A program made the translations under genes and the position numbers. The notes beneath the pieces are model-generated. The model searched no databases and was not told where the DNA came from. It was given only the letters and a program-made list of their open reading frames with translations. A stretch of 64,000 bases of DNA from an uncultured Gammaproteobacteria bacterium (lineage in GTDB: Bacteria; Pseudomonadota; Gammaproteobacteria; DRLM01). The DNA lies in NCBI GenBank assembly GCA_963729605.1, contig CAVSNY010000007.1, positions 992,001 through 1,056,000 on the forward strand. Reading direction: 5' to 3'. Position 1 is the stretch's first letter, and every line of letters begins with the position of its first letter. This document shows, piece by piece, positions 1 to 9,191 of this stretch.

Positions 1-154
1 TGTGAGCATATTCGGCGGGCGGGATCACCCATGACGATGGCTTATTTGCCGACGAGCGCTCCCTGTCTTGCAATCCCCGTTGCGATTTTTTACGAGAGAC
101 TGACAACTGGGGCAAGCAATATTCGGTTAGGCACAGAAAAATTCAGAACAGATA

Positions 155-280
155 CCCTCTCCCGCGGGCGGGAGAGGGACAGGGTGAGGGGAGAGAGGGA
201 AGCAGGATACCCCCTTGTATCGTGACGGCGGTCGTCCGGCCACCCTCACCCCTTCCCCTCTCCCGCCCGCGGGAGAGGGG
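155..280. repeat. Inverted pair of REP-like palindromic units (CCCTCTCCCGCGGGCGGGAGAGGG...GGGTGAGGGG)
   Basis: 155-191 and 243-280 are near-exact reverse complements, and each contains an internal CCCTCTCCC/GGGAGAGGG hairpin. Intergenic, downstream of the sulfatase-fold gene. Confidence 0.75.
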
Positions 281-366
281 GAATGACGCCTCAGTCCGGT
301 TTGGGATTTTTGTTCCGATTTTGAGATGGGTTCTAGTCATCCGCTTCCGGCGCCGGCCGCTGTCCC

Positions 367-2463
367 TTAGATATGCTTGGCGGCATCCATCTTCAGCCAT
401 TGATCGAGCAGTTCGCGCAGGCGCGCGGTTATTTCCGGGTGGTCAAGTTTGACGTCATGGCGGCACTCGGGGTCGGCGTCGAGATCATACAAGGCGTGGT
501 AGGCGCCGCCGTCCTTCAACGGCAGACGGATGAGTTTCCATTTGCCGAGTTTGATCATGCGGTCTTTCGCCGCGATCACGAGGTCTTTGTATTGTTCCTT
601 CAAGGCCAGGGTTCCGCTGTCCTTGTCGGGGATGTCGAGTAGCTCCAGCACGCCGGGATAACTCAGGTGATCCGGGTGGGTGCCGGGCAGGGTGGCCAGC
701 CATTCTCCGGTCTCGAAATAACACGGCAGTTCCTGCTCTAGCGGTTCACCTTTGAGGACGGGAACCAAACTACAGCCTTGCGCCGAGTCGGGTATCGGAA
801 GCCCGCAGAGCGAGAGCAGCGTCGGCATCAGATCAATAGTCCGCACCGCCGTCTGGCTGACGCCTTGCGCGGGCAGGCGGGGATCGTAAATCAATAAGGG
901 AACGCGCGGGCTGCTGTCGCCCATGACGCTGTTGCCCTGTCCCCAGGTGTTGTGTTCGAACAGTTCCATGCCGTGATCGCTGTAGACCACCACGATGGTG
1001 TTGTCCGCCAGGCCGCAGCGCTGCAAATGCTGGTACACGTCGCGCACGGCATCATCGAAGCGGCGCACGCAGCTGTCGTAGAGCGCGAAGATTTGGTCCA
1101 GGTCGAACGCCTCCCGCGGCTCTTGCTGGCGGCGGATGATCTCGAAGGGATCGCTCAACTTGGACATGGCGAATTTCGAATCGCCTTTGTAGTCCGCGTC
1201 GGAGAAATAGGTGTAATAGGGATACTCCACTCCGAACGGCGGGTGGGTGGTGGCCATGAAGACGTTCAACAGGAAGGGCTGCTGTGCGCGCGCGAGACGG
1301 CTGATCTCGTCTTTGGCGGAGGCGCAGATGAATTTATTGATCGGCACGCCGCCCAGGTAATAAATCTCGGGTAACACGCGCCGGCCCAGCCGATTGTGGG
1401 TGAATAAACTCAGGAACAGCCGAATGAACCGCGGTCCCTGACGGATGAGATATTTCAAATTCCACTGGTCGGGCGGCGTCTCCAGCCGCGAGAAGCCGAA
1501 GGGGAACTTGCCGAGGTCGCTGCCCGCCCAGTCGGCGATGGCGGAAGTGGCATAACCCGCATCGCGCAGCAGCGCCGGGAAGCTGGGATCGACGAGGCGC
1601 GTCTCGCTTTCGGCGACGAAGTTGCTGCGTATTCCGTGGCGGAAGGGCCAGGTGCCGGTGAACAGGGACGCGAGGCTCGGCGCGGTGCGCGCCAACGGCG
1701 TGTAACAGCGGCTGAAGAGGGTGCCGCGGCGAGTCAAGGCGTCCAGGAAGGGTGTGGTCGGCCGCGCGTTGCCGATAGAACCGAGACGGTCGGCGCGCAA
1801 GGTGTCGCAACCTATGAGCAGGATATTGGGACGATCCTGCCGCGGGCGGGCTCGCGGGGCCGTTTTCAGGGAAGGCATGACCGCGTAGAGGTAAGGCGCG
1901 GCCAGCGCCAGCGCCAATATAGTCAAGCCAAGAAAACCGGTAGTGTCTCCCTGCGTCACGGCCTGTATCGATGAATACAACACCGGCAGCCCGATTGCGG
2001 CTATCAGTATGCCCCGCGCCCAGCGCAGGCCCGAGACCGACAGCGTGCGCCACAAAGGATAGAGGCGCGTGATGCGGTAAGGAAAGGACATCATCAGGCC
2101 GCCGGGGACATGCAGCACGTGATGGCAGAACTGCAAGGCGGTGACGGTGCCTATCCCCGCGAAGGCGGCGCCGGCCGCAACCGCCATGCTGGGCGTGTGC
2201 TGCGTGATGAGCAGATAACTCAGGTACGGCAGATTGCCGAGCAGGCCCATCCAGAGCAGGATCACGCCGCTCCATGCCGTCAAACGCAACAGGGCATAAA
2301 CCGTGTAGACCGTGTAGTGGGCTTCCACCTCGCGGCGGATCTCGGGCCCGGTGCGGGAAAAATCCACCAGCGAGCGGGCGGTGAGCGCGACGGCGCAGAG
2401 TGCCGCCGCCACGGCGCTGGCGCTGGCGCTGGTGATGAGTCCGTCGAGGAGGCTGGCGTTCAT
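367..2463 (-). CDS. Membrane-anchored sulfatase/alkaline-phosphatase-superfamily enzyme
   Basis: N-terminal ~195 aa are hydrophobic helices, followed by PNILLIGCDTLRAD, RTAPSLASLFTG, THPP and YSDHG motifs. Confidence 0.85.
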   Translation of the reverse strand: MNASLLDGLITSASASAVAAALCAVALTARSLVDFSRTGPEIRREVEAHYTVYTVYALLRLTAWSGVILLWMGLLGNLPYLSYLLITQHTPSMAVAAGAAFAGIGTVTALQFCHHVLHVPGGLMMSFPYRITRLYPLWRTLSVSGLRWARGILIAAIGLPVLYSSIQAVTQGDTTGFLGLTILALALAAPYLYAVMPSLKTAPRARPRQDRPNILLIGCDTLRADRLGSIGNARPTTPFLDALTRRGTLFSRCYTPLARTAPSLASLFTGTWPFRHGIRSNFVAESETRLVDPSFPALLRDAGYATSAIADWAGSDLGKFPFGFSRLETPPDQWNLKYLIRQGPRFIRLFLSLFTHNRLGRRVLPEIYYLGGVPINKFICASAKDEISRLARAQQPFLLNVFMATTHPPFGVEYPYYTYFSDADYKGDSKFAMSKLSDPFEIIRRQQEPREAFDLDQIFALYDSCVRRFDDAVRDVYQHLQRCGLADNTIVVVYSDHGMELFEHNTWGQGNSVMGDSSPRVPLLIYDPRLPAQGVSQTAVRTIDLMPTLLSLCGLPIPDSAQGCSLVPVLKGEPLEQELPCYFETGEWLATLPGTHPDHLSYPGVLELLDIPDKDSGTLALKEQYKDLVIAAKDRMIKLGKWKLIRLPLKDGGAYHALYDLDADPECRHDVKLDHPEITARLRELLDQWLKMDAAKHI

Positions 2464-2467
2464 GGAG

Positions 2468-3403
2468 TCACTTCTTGTTATTGCGGGCGAGCCGGCGGAA
2501 GGCGCTCAGTTCGCCCAGGTTGGCCGCGATACGCAACAGGTAATAGCGGGTCTGCGGCCAATAGAGTGAAGTGACTAGGCGCCAGAGGTAGACGGCGAAC
2601 TTGCGCAGAATATATTTCGGCACACCCTCGATCCCGCCGCTGCGCACCAGGGCGGCGGAACGGGAACGCAGGAAGCTCTTACGAATGAGATACCCAAGCT
2701 GCAAGCGCGATTGATCCACGTAATGGTATTGCACCATGTCCGGCAGGTAACGCAGAGTCACTCCCGCCGCCCGCGCCTTGAGCAAAAAATCGCTGTCCTC
2801 GCCGCCTTGCAGATCGTGGCCGCGGGGCCCCAACTCGGTGGAAAACCCGCTGACCAGATCGAACACCCGCCGCCGCACCACGATATTGCCGCCGCTGGGC
2901 AAGGGGCCTTGCTCGTCCAGCGCTCGCGTGACAACGCCCAGGTTGTAATAAGGCATGGGTGAGGGAAAGATGCCGAACTCGCCGCGCTCATGTACCCACG
3001 TGGGCTCGCTACCGTCCCAGGCCGGATAGAGCCGGCCGCAAAAAATGTCCTGCGCCGGATAGCGGAGCAGCCCCTCGGCGACGGCCTGCAGAAAGTGTTT
3101 CTCCACGGTCTGATCGTCGTCGATGAAGGCGGCGGCGCTGGTGTGCAACTCGCGGATGGCGCGATTCAAGGCATGCGATTTCCCGGGCGCCGGTTCCGCC
3201 ACCCAGCGCAGCGGCAGCCCGCCGTTGCCCTCGCGCGCGCGTTGCGCCAGAAAATCCGCGGTGCCGTCGCGACAGGCGTTGGCCACCACGAGGATATCGA
3301 CTTGCGTGTCGCGCGGACGCAAGGCCTGTGCGAGCGAGTCCAGCGTCTCGCGCAATAAATCCACCCGGTCATGGGTGCAGATGACGACGGTGTAGGCACT
3401 CAT
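2468..3403 (-). CDS. Glycosyltransferase family 2
   Basis: VVICTHDR, GKSHALN, FIDDD and GGEDSDF motifs. The ATG at 3403 overlaps the upstream stop (ATGA). Confidence 0.9.
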   Translation of the reverse strand: MSAYTVVICTHDRVDLLRETLDSLAQALRPRDTQVDILVVANACRDGTADFLAQRAREGNGGLPLRWVAEPAPGKSHALNRAIRELHTSAAAFIDDDQTVEKHFLQAVAEGLLRYPAQDIFCGRLYPAWDGSEPTWVHERGEFGIFPSPMPYYNLGVVTRALDEQGPLPSGGNIVVRRRVFDLVSGFSTELGPRGHDLQGGEDSDFLLKARAAGVTLRYLPDMVQYHYVDQSRLQLGYLIRKSFLRSRSAALVRSGGIEGVPKYILRKFAVYLWRLVTSLYWPQTRYYLLRIAANLGELSAFRRLARNNKK

Positions 3404-4389
3404 CGTGGCTGGGTGAATCGGCGCCAGTGCGTGGCGAGGCGGTTGTGCAGACGGTAGGCGCCGCGCAGCGCGAGTGGCAGCGGCCGGGCGTCGGTCGCAA
3501 GCGCGTAGCCGTGTTCGCGCAACGTTGCGCCGGTGGCGGCTTCGAAGATTCGAATTTGCCGCGGCGTCATCTCCGTACGCCATTTTTCGGCATTGTCGGC
3601 CTTGATGCCTTGCTTGAGCAGCGGCGTTTTACCGCCGTCGGTCTGGGCCTTGCGGTAGTTGAGCAAGTCGTCGCTGTATTCCTCGCCGAGAAAGGCGCAC
3701 AGCCGTCGCAAGCTGGCGGCGGGATCGGCCACCAAATCTTCGTAACGCAATTCATGGTACACATCGGCGGACAGGGCACGCCCATATTCCCGGCCGGTTT
3801 CCACATACTGCTGCCAATACTTGGCGGCGTGGTAAGTGTTGTAGACATGAAAGTCGTACTTGCGCGCGAACATGGAGAGGGCCACGTCGCGCCCGTCGCG
3901 GATCAGGTGGATCATCTGCGCGTTGGGAAACATCTCCAATATGAGTGGAATCTGCAAGACGTAATAAGGCGTCTTGTCCCCCCAGCGACGTTTGCCTTCG
4001 CCCTCCGCGTTCAAGGTGAAGAAGGCGTCGAAGAGTTGCGGTAGCGTCCGGCAGCCGGCCTCCGCCAGGCGCGCGGCGAGCATGTCCGCGTCGAACTTCA
4101 GTCCGTGCAAGTCGGTTTCGATGAATTCAGTGCTGCGGCGATGCATCTCGTGCAGTACCCGTTTGATGTTTTCCACGGCGCTTAAGTCGCCGTAGATCCC
4201 CTGCTGCCTGTACATGGGCACGAAGAAATGAGATTCGCCGGTAGGCAAGGACAAAGCCGGATGCGCCCGCAACATGTATTGCAATAGCGTCGTCCCGGAA
4301 CGCGGGGCGCCGACGATGAAGAAAGGTCCGCGGCGCGGCGCAGCGGTCGCGCGCGCGGATTCGGTGTGCTGATCGGCAGGCATAGTCAC
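3400..4389 (-). CDS. PAPS-dependent sulfotransferase (Sulfotransfer_3-like)
   Basis: 5'-PSB loop GAPRSGTT, WGDKTP, 3'-PB motif IRDGRDVALS and LRYEDLV. Confidence 0.92.
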   Translation of the reverse strand: MTMPADQHTESARATAAPRRGPFFIVGAPRSGTTLLQYMLRAHPALSLPTGESHFFVPMYRQQGIYGDLSAVENIKRVLHEMHRRSTEFIETDLHGLKFDADMLAARLAEAGCRTLPQLFDAFFTLNAEGEGKRRWGDKTPYYVLQIPLILEMFPNAQMIHLIRDGRDVALSMFARKYDFHVYNTYHAAKYWQQYVETGREYGRALSADVYHELRYEDLVADPAASLRRLCAFLGEEYSDDLLNYRKAQTDGGKTPLLKQGIKADNAEKWRTEMTPRQIRIFEAATGATLREHGYALATDARPLPLALRGAYRLHNRLATHWRRFTQPR

Positions 4390-5342
4390 GTGGCGGGTCT
4401 TTCAAGGGGAGACGGTTTCTCATCGAAAAGCCAGGCCAGTACATAGCCTGTGAAATAAGCGGCGTTCATTTCCATGCGCAACGAATGATCTGCGCCCGCG
4501 CGCACGCGCTGCTTGAGCGCCCTGTAACCTGCGCGCAGAAATTGCGCGACGAGGTATCGCGGCGGCAGGCGCGATCCCGCGCGCGTCCGTACGCCTTCGA
4601 CGCGGCCTTGCCGGTAATGCAGCTCCAAGAAATAGCCGCGGCGGAGCTTGGGTGTTTGAATGCGGTGATGGATCACGGCCTCCGGTACCCATCTTACCGA
4701 GCAGCCCGCCGCCAGCAGGCGCCGGTGGACTTCCACGTCTTCTCCTCCGATGTTGGCCGCGCCTTTGCGGCCGAGCGCGGTGTCGAACAATCCGATTTTT
4801 TCGAATACCTCGCGGCGAAATGCGAAGTTCCCACCGAAAATGGCGGTGCGTGGATCGGTGAGCCAGCGCGCTTCGCCGTGATCCAGTTTGCCGAGGAAAC
4901 CCAGCAGTTCATCTTGCAGCCACGCCGGGCGATCGCCGTCTTCGAACAGCACTTCGATGCGACCGCCCAGCGCATCGGGGTTAAACGCGACCATGGCCTG
5001 TTCATAGGCACACAGCCAATTCGGGTCCGGCGTTTCATCGTCGTCGATGAAGATCAGGTATTCACCCTGCGCCTCACGCAGTGCACGGTTACGGGCATGC
5101 GACAGTCCCAATGCCGCTTCTCTGACCACGCGTACCGGCACCCCTGGCGGCCGCCAAGCGAGATCGGCCAGCAAGTCCGGTGTTTCATCGCGGCTGGCAT
5201 TGTCCACGATGACGATTTCCCAGGGCCGGGAAGGATGCTGCAACTGCTTCAGGTCAGCCAAGGTACGCCGCAGCCGGTCGGCGTGACTGTGGGTACACAA
5301 GGCGAGTGTGAGATACGGAGTCATTGCGGCACTGGATGACAT
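4386..5342 (-). CDS. Glycosyltransferase family 2
   Basis: IVDNASRD, GLSHARN, FIDDD and GGEDVE motifs. Confidence 0.9.
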   Translation of the reverse strand: MSSSAAMTPYLTLALCTHSHADRLRRTLADLKQLQHPSRPWEIVIVDNASRDETPDLLADLAWRPPGVPVRVVREAALGLSHARNRALREAQGEYLIFIDDDETPDPNWLCAYEQAMVAFNPDALGGRIEVLFEDGDRPAWLQDELLGFLGKLDHGEARWLTDPRTAIFGGNFAFRREVFEKIGLFDTALGRKGAANIGGEDVEVHRRLLAAGCSVRWVPEAVIHHRIQTPKLRRGYFLELHYRQGRVEGVRTRAGSRLPPRYLVAQFLRAGYRALKQRVRAGADHSLRMEMNAAYFTGYVLAWLFDEKPSPLERPAT

Positions 5343-5350
5343 GAGGGCAG

Positions 5351-6151
5351 TTATCGCGGCTCGGCCGTGCGGGTGCGTTTCAGCAGCCGCCCCGCATAAT
5401 ACGCGAGGCTGTTGCCGAGACTGCCGTTGTTGCTGCCCAGCTTCACTTTGCGCGCCAGCATGGCTGGCGTGTCGGTGCCGAAGACATCAAGGCGGCGGAT
5501 GCGGAAGCGATCTTGATCGGCTCGATTGAAACCGGGTTGCACCGAGAAGGCCGCATGATAGCCGGCGTCTTGTGCCGCGCGCAGCACGCGCTCGTCGTAG
5601 CGGCCATAAGGATAGGCGAGATAGGGTACCGCCTCGCCCAACAAGGTTTCGATATCTTGTTTGGACCCCGCCAGTTCGTCCCGCAATTGCTCGTCGCTCA
5701 AGGTGGGCAGGTCGGCGTGATGACGGGAATGGGAGTGAAAGCTGAAACCCTGGCCACGCAGCGCGTGGATGTGTTCCGCGCCGAGCAGCGGATAGGTGGC
5801 GCCGCTGGGGTTCTGGGTACGGGTCCACTCGTCGCGCTGACCGATCAATCGGCTCACCAGGAATACCGTCGCCGGCCATTTAAGTTCTTGCAGCACCGGC
5901 GCGGCGTGTTCGTGGATGCCAAGAAAGCCGTCGTCGAACGTGAGCAAAAAGCTGCCGGGCGGCAATGTGCGCTGACCTTGCAGCCAGGCGATGAAGTCGT
6001 CGATGCCGACGGCGCACATGCCTTGTCTTGCCAGCATGTGCATGTGCGCGGCGAAGCGCTCCGGCGCAACGCAATACTTGTGTTCCCAGGCGTTGTGCGC
6101 CGGACCGATGCGGTGATACATCAACACCACGACACGTTGCGCGCTGTTCAT
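5351..6151 (-). CDS. Polysaccharide deacetylase (NodB/CE4)
   Basis: LMYHRI, LTFDDG, HSHSRHH and LAYPYG motifs. Start placed at the ATGA overlap at 6151. Confidence 0.92.
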   Translation of the reverse strand: MNSAQRVVVLMYHRIGPAHNAWEHKYCVAPERFAAHMHMLARQGMCAVGIDDFIAWLQGQRTLPPGSFLLTFDDGFLGIHEHAAPVLQELKWPATVFLVSRLIGQRDEWTRTQNPSGATYPLLGAEHIHALRGQGFSFHSHSRHHADLPTLSDEQLRDELAGSKQDIETLLGEAVPYLAYPYGRYDERVLRAAQDAGYHAAFSVQPGFNRADQDRFRIRRLDVFGTDTPAMLARKVKLGSNNGSLGNSLAYYAGRLLKRTRTAEPR

Positions 6152-7143
6152 TGGGTGGGTTCCTCGCGGCGGCGGTCGAACCAATGCACCACGCCGCGGA
6201 ACAGCGTCGCGGGCAACAGCGCCGGCAATATATATTTCAAATCCCGCCCGCGCCACGCGCCGCGCGTCGCCGCTTCCCGGAACAGCTTCTGCGCCGATAG
6301 CAGCTCACGCCGCCAATAGGCGCGGTAGGCCTCTTGCAGCAGTTTGCCTTCCACCTGTTCCTTCAGCACGGCTTTGTTCAAATGCTGGACCCGCTCGGGA
6401 TAGAGGTGGACAAAATTGCGCCGCGCCTCCATCGCATCGAGTACCTGGCGCCATTTTTTGCTCTTGGCGGAGATCTGCCCCGTACCATGCCAGCGGTAGA
6501 ACGCAAGAACCTCGGGTACCTGCACGATGTTGCGGGTGTGGCCCAGGATGCGCAGCCACAGATCGTAGTCCATCGCCGAGAAACGGCGTTCGGAGAAGCC
6601 GCCGACGGTGTCGATCACGCTGCGGCGGATCAGTGCGGCGTGAATGGGCCACGGGCAGCTGCGCAGAAATGCCAGTGTCAGGTCATCGGCTTCGTATTTG
6701 GGCGGGATGTACGGTTCGTTGCCGGGGCCACCTGCGCCGATGTTCTGCCAGCCGCAATAGGCGAGGTCGGCGGTGTGTGCCGACAGCGCCCGCTGCAGTT
6801 TTTCCAGGCAAGCACGGTCCCAGTAATCGTCCGCGTCGAGAAAGGCGACGAACTCGCCGCGGGCGTGGTGCAGACCCACGTTGCGGGCGGGGTAAGGTCC
6901 TTTGCGGTCCTGGGACAGGAGTTGTATCCGCGCGGGATGCGCGGCGGCGAGTTTTTGGAGTATGACCATGCTGCCGTCGTCGGAGCCGTCGTCCACGACG
7001 CATAGCTCCACGTGCGGATAACTTTGATCAAGTACGCTCGCCACCGCCTCTTCGAGATAAGGTGCCGCGTTGTAGCAAGGCATGATCACGGAGATCAGAC
7101 CCGGCGTCGGCGGCGGCGTGGCGTTGTTGGACGTGACATTCAT
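6148..7143 (-). CDS. Glycosyltransferase family 2
   Basis: ISVIMPCYN, VDDGSDD, ARNVG, FLDADD and DYDLWLR motifs. ATGA overlap at 7143. Confidence 0.92.
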   Translation of the reverse strand: MNVTSNNATPPPTPGLISVIMPCYNAAPYLEEAVASVLDQSYPHVELCVVDDGSDDGSMVILQKLAAAHPARIQLLSQDRKGPYPARNVGLHHARGEFVAFLDADDYWDRACLEKLQRALSAHTADLAYCGWQNIGAGGPGNEPYIPPKYEADDLTLAFLRSCPWPIHAALIRRSVIDTVGGFSERRFSAMDYDLWLRILGHTRNIVQVPEVLAFYRWHGTGQISAKSKKWRQVLDAMEARRNFVHLYPERVQHLNKAVLKEQVEGKLLQEAYRAYWRRELLSAQKLFREAATRGAWRGRDLKYILPALLPATLFRGVVHWFDRRREEPTQ

Positions 7144-8207
7144 CTCAAAATTTCGTCTCGAATGACGTCGAGGTAGCCGTGGCCGAATTTGAGATCCGGT
7201 TCCACGTAATTGCCTTCGGCCCATTCGTTCCAGGCCTTGAGAAACACGATGCGCTCCTCGGGTCGGTGTTTCTCGACTCGCTCCACCGCGGTGCGCAGCA
7301 GGCGGCGGAACAGTTCGGGCGTCGAGTTGTGCAGCACCAGGCCGTTCAGCCCCGAGCGCGGGGTGTTGTCCCAATTGGGCAGCACCAGCGGGTAGTCGAG
7401 GAACTCGGTCTCGTTGCTGCGCAGGAAGATCGGCAGCACCTCTTCGTAATCGTAGATCGAGAGCAGGTGCTGATTGCCCTTCATCAGCAGGTTGAGCTTG
7501 GTCTCGAAGTACTTGCGCGGGATGCGCGTGTCGCGCCGCGGCAGGGCCTGCATGGTGCAGGCGTCGAGGCCGCGCGGCCGCGGATCCCAGCGTTGCGAGC
7601 GGTGCGAGACGCCGACCAGATGCAGGCCTTTGAGGCCGGCCTTCAGCGCGCGCTCACGCCAAAAGTCGGTGACACGCACGATGTCCGGAATGTCATCCGG
7701 CTTGTAGATCACGAACAGCGGCTTGCCGTCCACCTTGATGTAGCGGTCGTCGCCGAAGGCGCGCAGCAGATATTGGAAATGGCGTTCGTGATCGTCCATA
7801 CCGGGATAGGTCTGCTCGATCAGCGTCCGATTGGCCACGCCTTGCCAGATGTTGTTCCAGCTGTGATTGGCCCAGCATAGAGAGAAGGGAAAATCGGGCT
7901 CACCCGAATCCAGCACCTCGTTGAACGGCCGTTCCAGGATGCGCCGGCCGCCGAACCAGTAGTGGTAATAACAAAAGCCGTGTACGCCGTAGTTCTTCGC
8001 GAGCTCGGCCTGCGCCGCGCGCGTCTCCGGCACGCGCAGGTCGTAAAAGCCGAGGTCGGCCGGCACATGCGGCTGGTAGTGGCCGCGGAACAGCGGCTTG
8101 GCCTTGGCGACGTTGGTCCATTCGGTGAAGCCCTTGCCCCACCATTCGTCGTTCTCGGGGGTGGGGTGGAATTGGGGCAGGTAAAAGGCGATCAGACGCG
8201 TGCTCAT
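7140..8207 (-). CDS. WbsX-family / GH99-like carbohydrate-active protein
   Basis: AFYLPQFHP..ENDEWWGKGFTEWTNV, LGFYDLR, WANHSW, PNWDNTPR and AWNEWAEG motifs. Confidence 0.9.
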   Translation of the reverse strand: MSTRLIAFYLPQFHPTPENDEWWGKGFTEWTNVAKAKPLFRGHYQPHVPADLGFYDLRVPETRAAQAELAKNYGVHGFCYYHYWFGGRRILERPFNEVLDSGEPDFPFSLCWANHSWNNIWQGVANRTLIEQTYPGMDDHERHFQYLLRAFGDDRYIKVDGKPLFVIYKPDDIPDIVRVTDFWRERALKAGLKGLHLVGVSHRSQRWDPRPRGLDACTMQALPRRDTRIPRKYFETKLNLLMKGNQHLLSIYDYEEVLPIFLRSNETEFLDYPLVLPNWDNTPRSGLNGLVLHNSTPELFRRLLRTAVERVEKHRPEERIVFLKAWNEWAEGNYVEPDLKFGHGYLDVIRDEILR

Positions 8208-9190
8208 GATGGTTGCCGTTTTTCGTGAAGATAGAAACAGGCCTGATCGCCGCGGCCGCTGCGGTTGAGTTCCTTCACCTGCGCGCGAAAGGCGGCGATC
8301 TGCTCCGGCGAGAAGATGGACTTCTCCGGATGCAGCTCGTAGGAGCGTTCGTCGTACAAGGTGATATCGCGCAGATATTGTTCGCTGCCCCAGAACTGGG
8401 TGGCGTCCGAATCGTACACCACGTCTTTAATTTCGAAACCGGTCTGCTCCGCGAGCAGCGCGAGGCTCTTGGGCGTGTGCAGATAAAGATGGCGCGGCGC
8501 GTCGAGCTGCACCCAGTTGACGCCGTATTTTTCCCAGGCATACGAGCCCGCGAGCGGGATGCGGATCAGGACCCGGGCGCCGGGCTTGCAGAGCGCGTGC
8601 AGGCGTTCCATCACCGCCTTGGGCTGCGGCATGTGTTCGTAAGAGTGATGCAGCGTGACGTAATCGTATTGGCCTGCATGCTCGTACACGGACCGCTTGA
8701 GCACGCGCACGCCATTGCCGTAGTCGATGTCGGCATCGATGTAGGGATCGAGCCCCGTGAGATTGGTGAAGCCTTCCTGCTGCAAGCTGAGCAGGCGGTC
8801 GCCGAGGCCGCAGCCGACGTCGAGGACGGCGGCCGAAAAATCGTCGATACCGGCGTGGCGCAGCCAGCTGATGTGTTTGGGCGGCATCTTGCGGCCGGCG
8901 AGCAGCCGTCCGAGCGGATCGCGGCCGCGGTGCAGCCAATAATGCGCGATGCGGCGGCGCAGCCGGCGCTGCCAGGGCCGGAGCGGCGTCGGCCGCATGC
9001 GCGTGCGCTCGAAATTCCAGTAGTGCGCGGGATAATAGCGGCCGAGGTCGGGCGGGATGTCCACGATCTGCACGCAGCCGCAGGCCGCGCATTCCAGATA
9101 GTCGAATTCGTCGCGCATGCCGAACATCATCTCGCGCGCGCGGTGCAGCTTGTTGCCTTGGTCATTACCGCAGATATAACAGGCGTCCAT
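8204..9190 (-). CDS. Class I SAM-dependent methyltransferase with N-terminal Zn-ribbon
   Basis: CYIC...CAACG, VLDVGCGLG, HSYEH and LDAPRHL motifs. Confidence 0.88.
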   Translation of the reverse strand: MDACYICGNDQGNKLHRAREMMFGMRDEFDYLECAACGCVQIVDIPPDLGRYYPAHYWNFERTRMRPTPLRPWQRRLRRRIAHYWLHRGRDPLGRLLAGRKMPPKHISWLRHAGIDDFSAAVLDVGCGLGDRLLSLQQEGFTNLTGLDPYIDADIDYGNGVRVLKRSVYEHAGQYDYVTLHHSYEHMPQPKAVMERLHALCKPGARVLIRIPLAGSYAWEKYGVNWVQLDAPRHLYLHTPKSLALLAEQTGFEIKDVVYDSDATQFWGSEQYLRDITLYDERSYELHPEKSIFSPEQIAAFRAQVKELNRSGRGDQACFYLHEKRQPS

Positions 9191-9191
9191 G

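Noticed and set aside
155-280. Possible CRISPR repeats
   Set aside because: Only two inverted copies, no spacer periodicity and no cas genes; REP-like.
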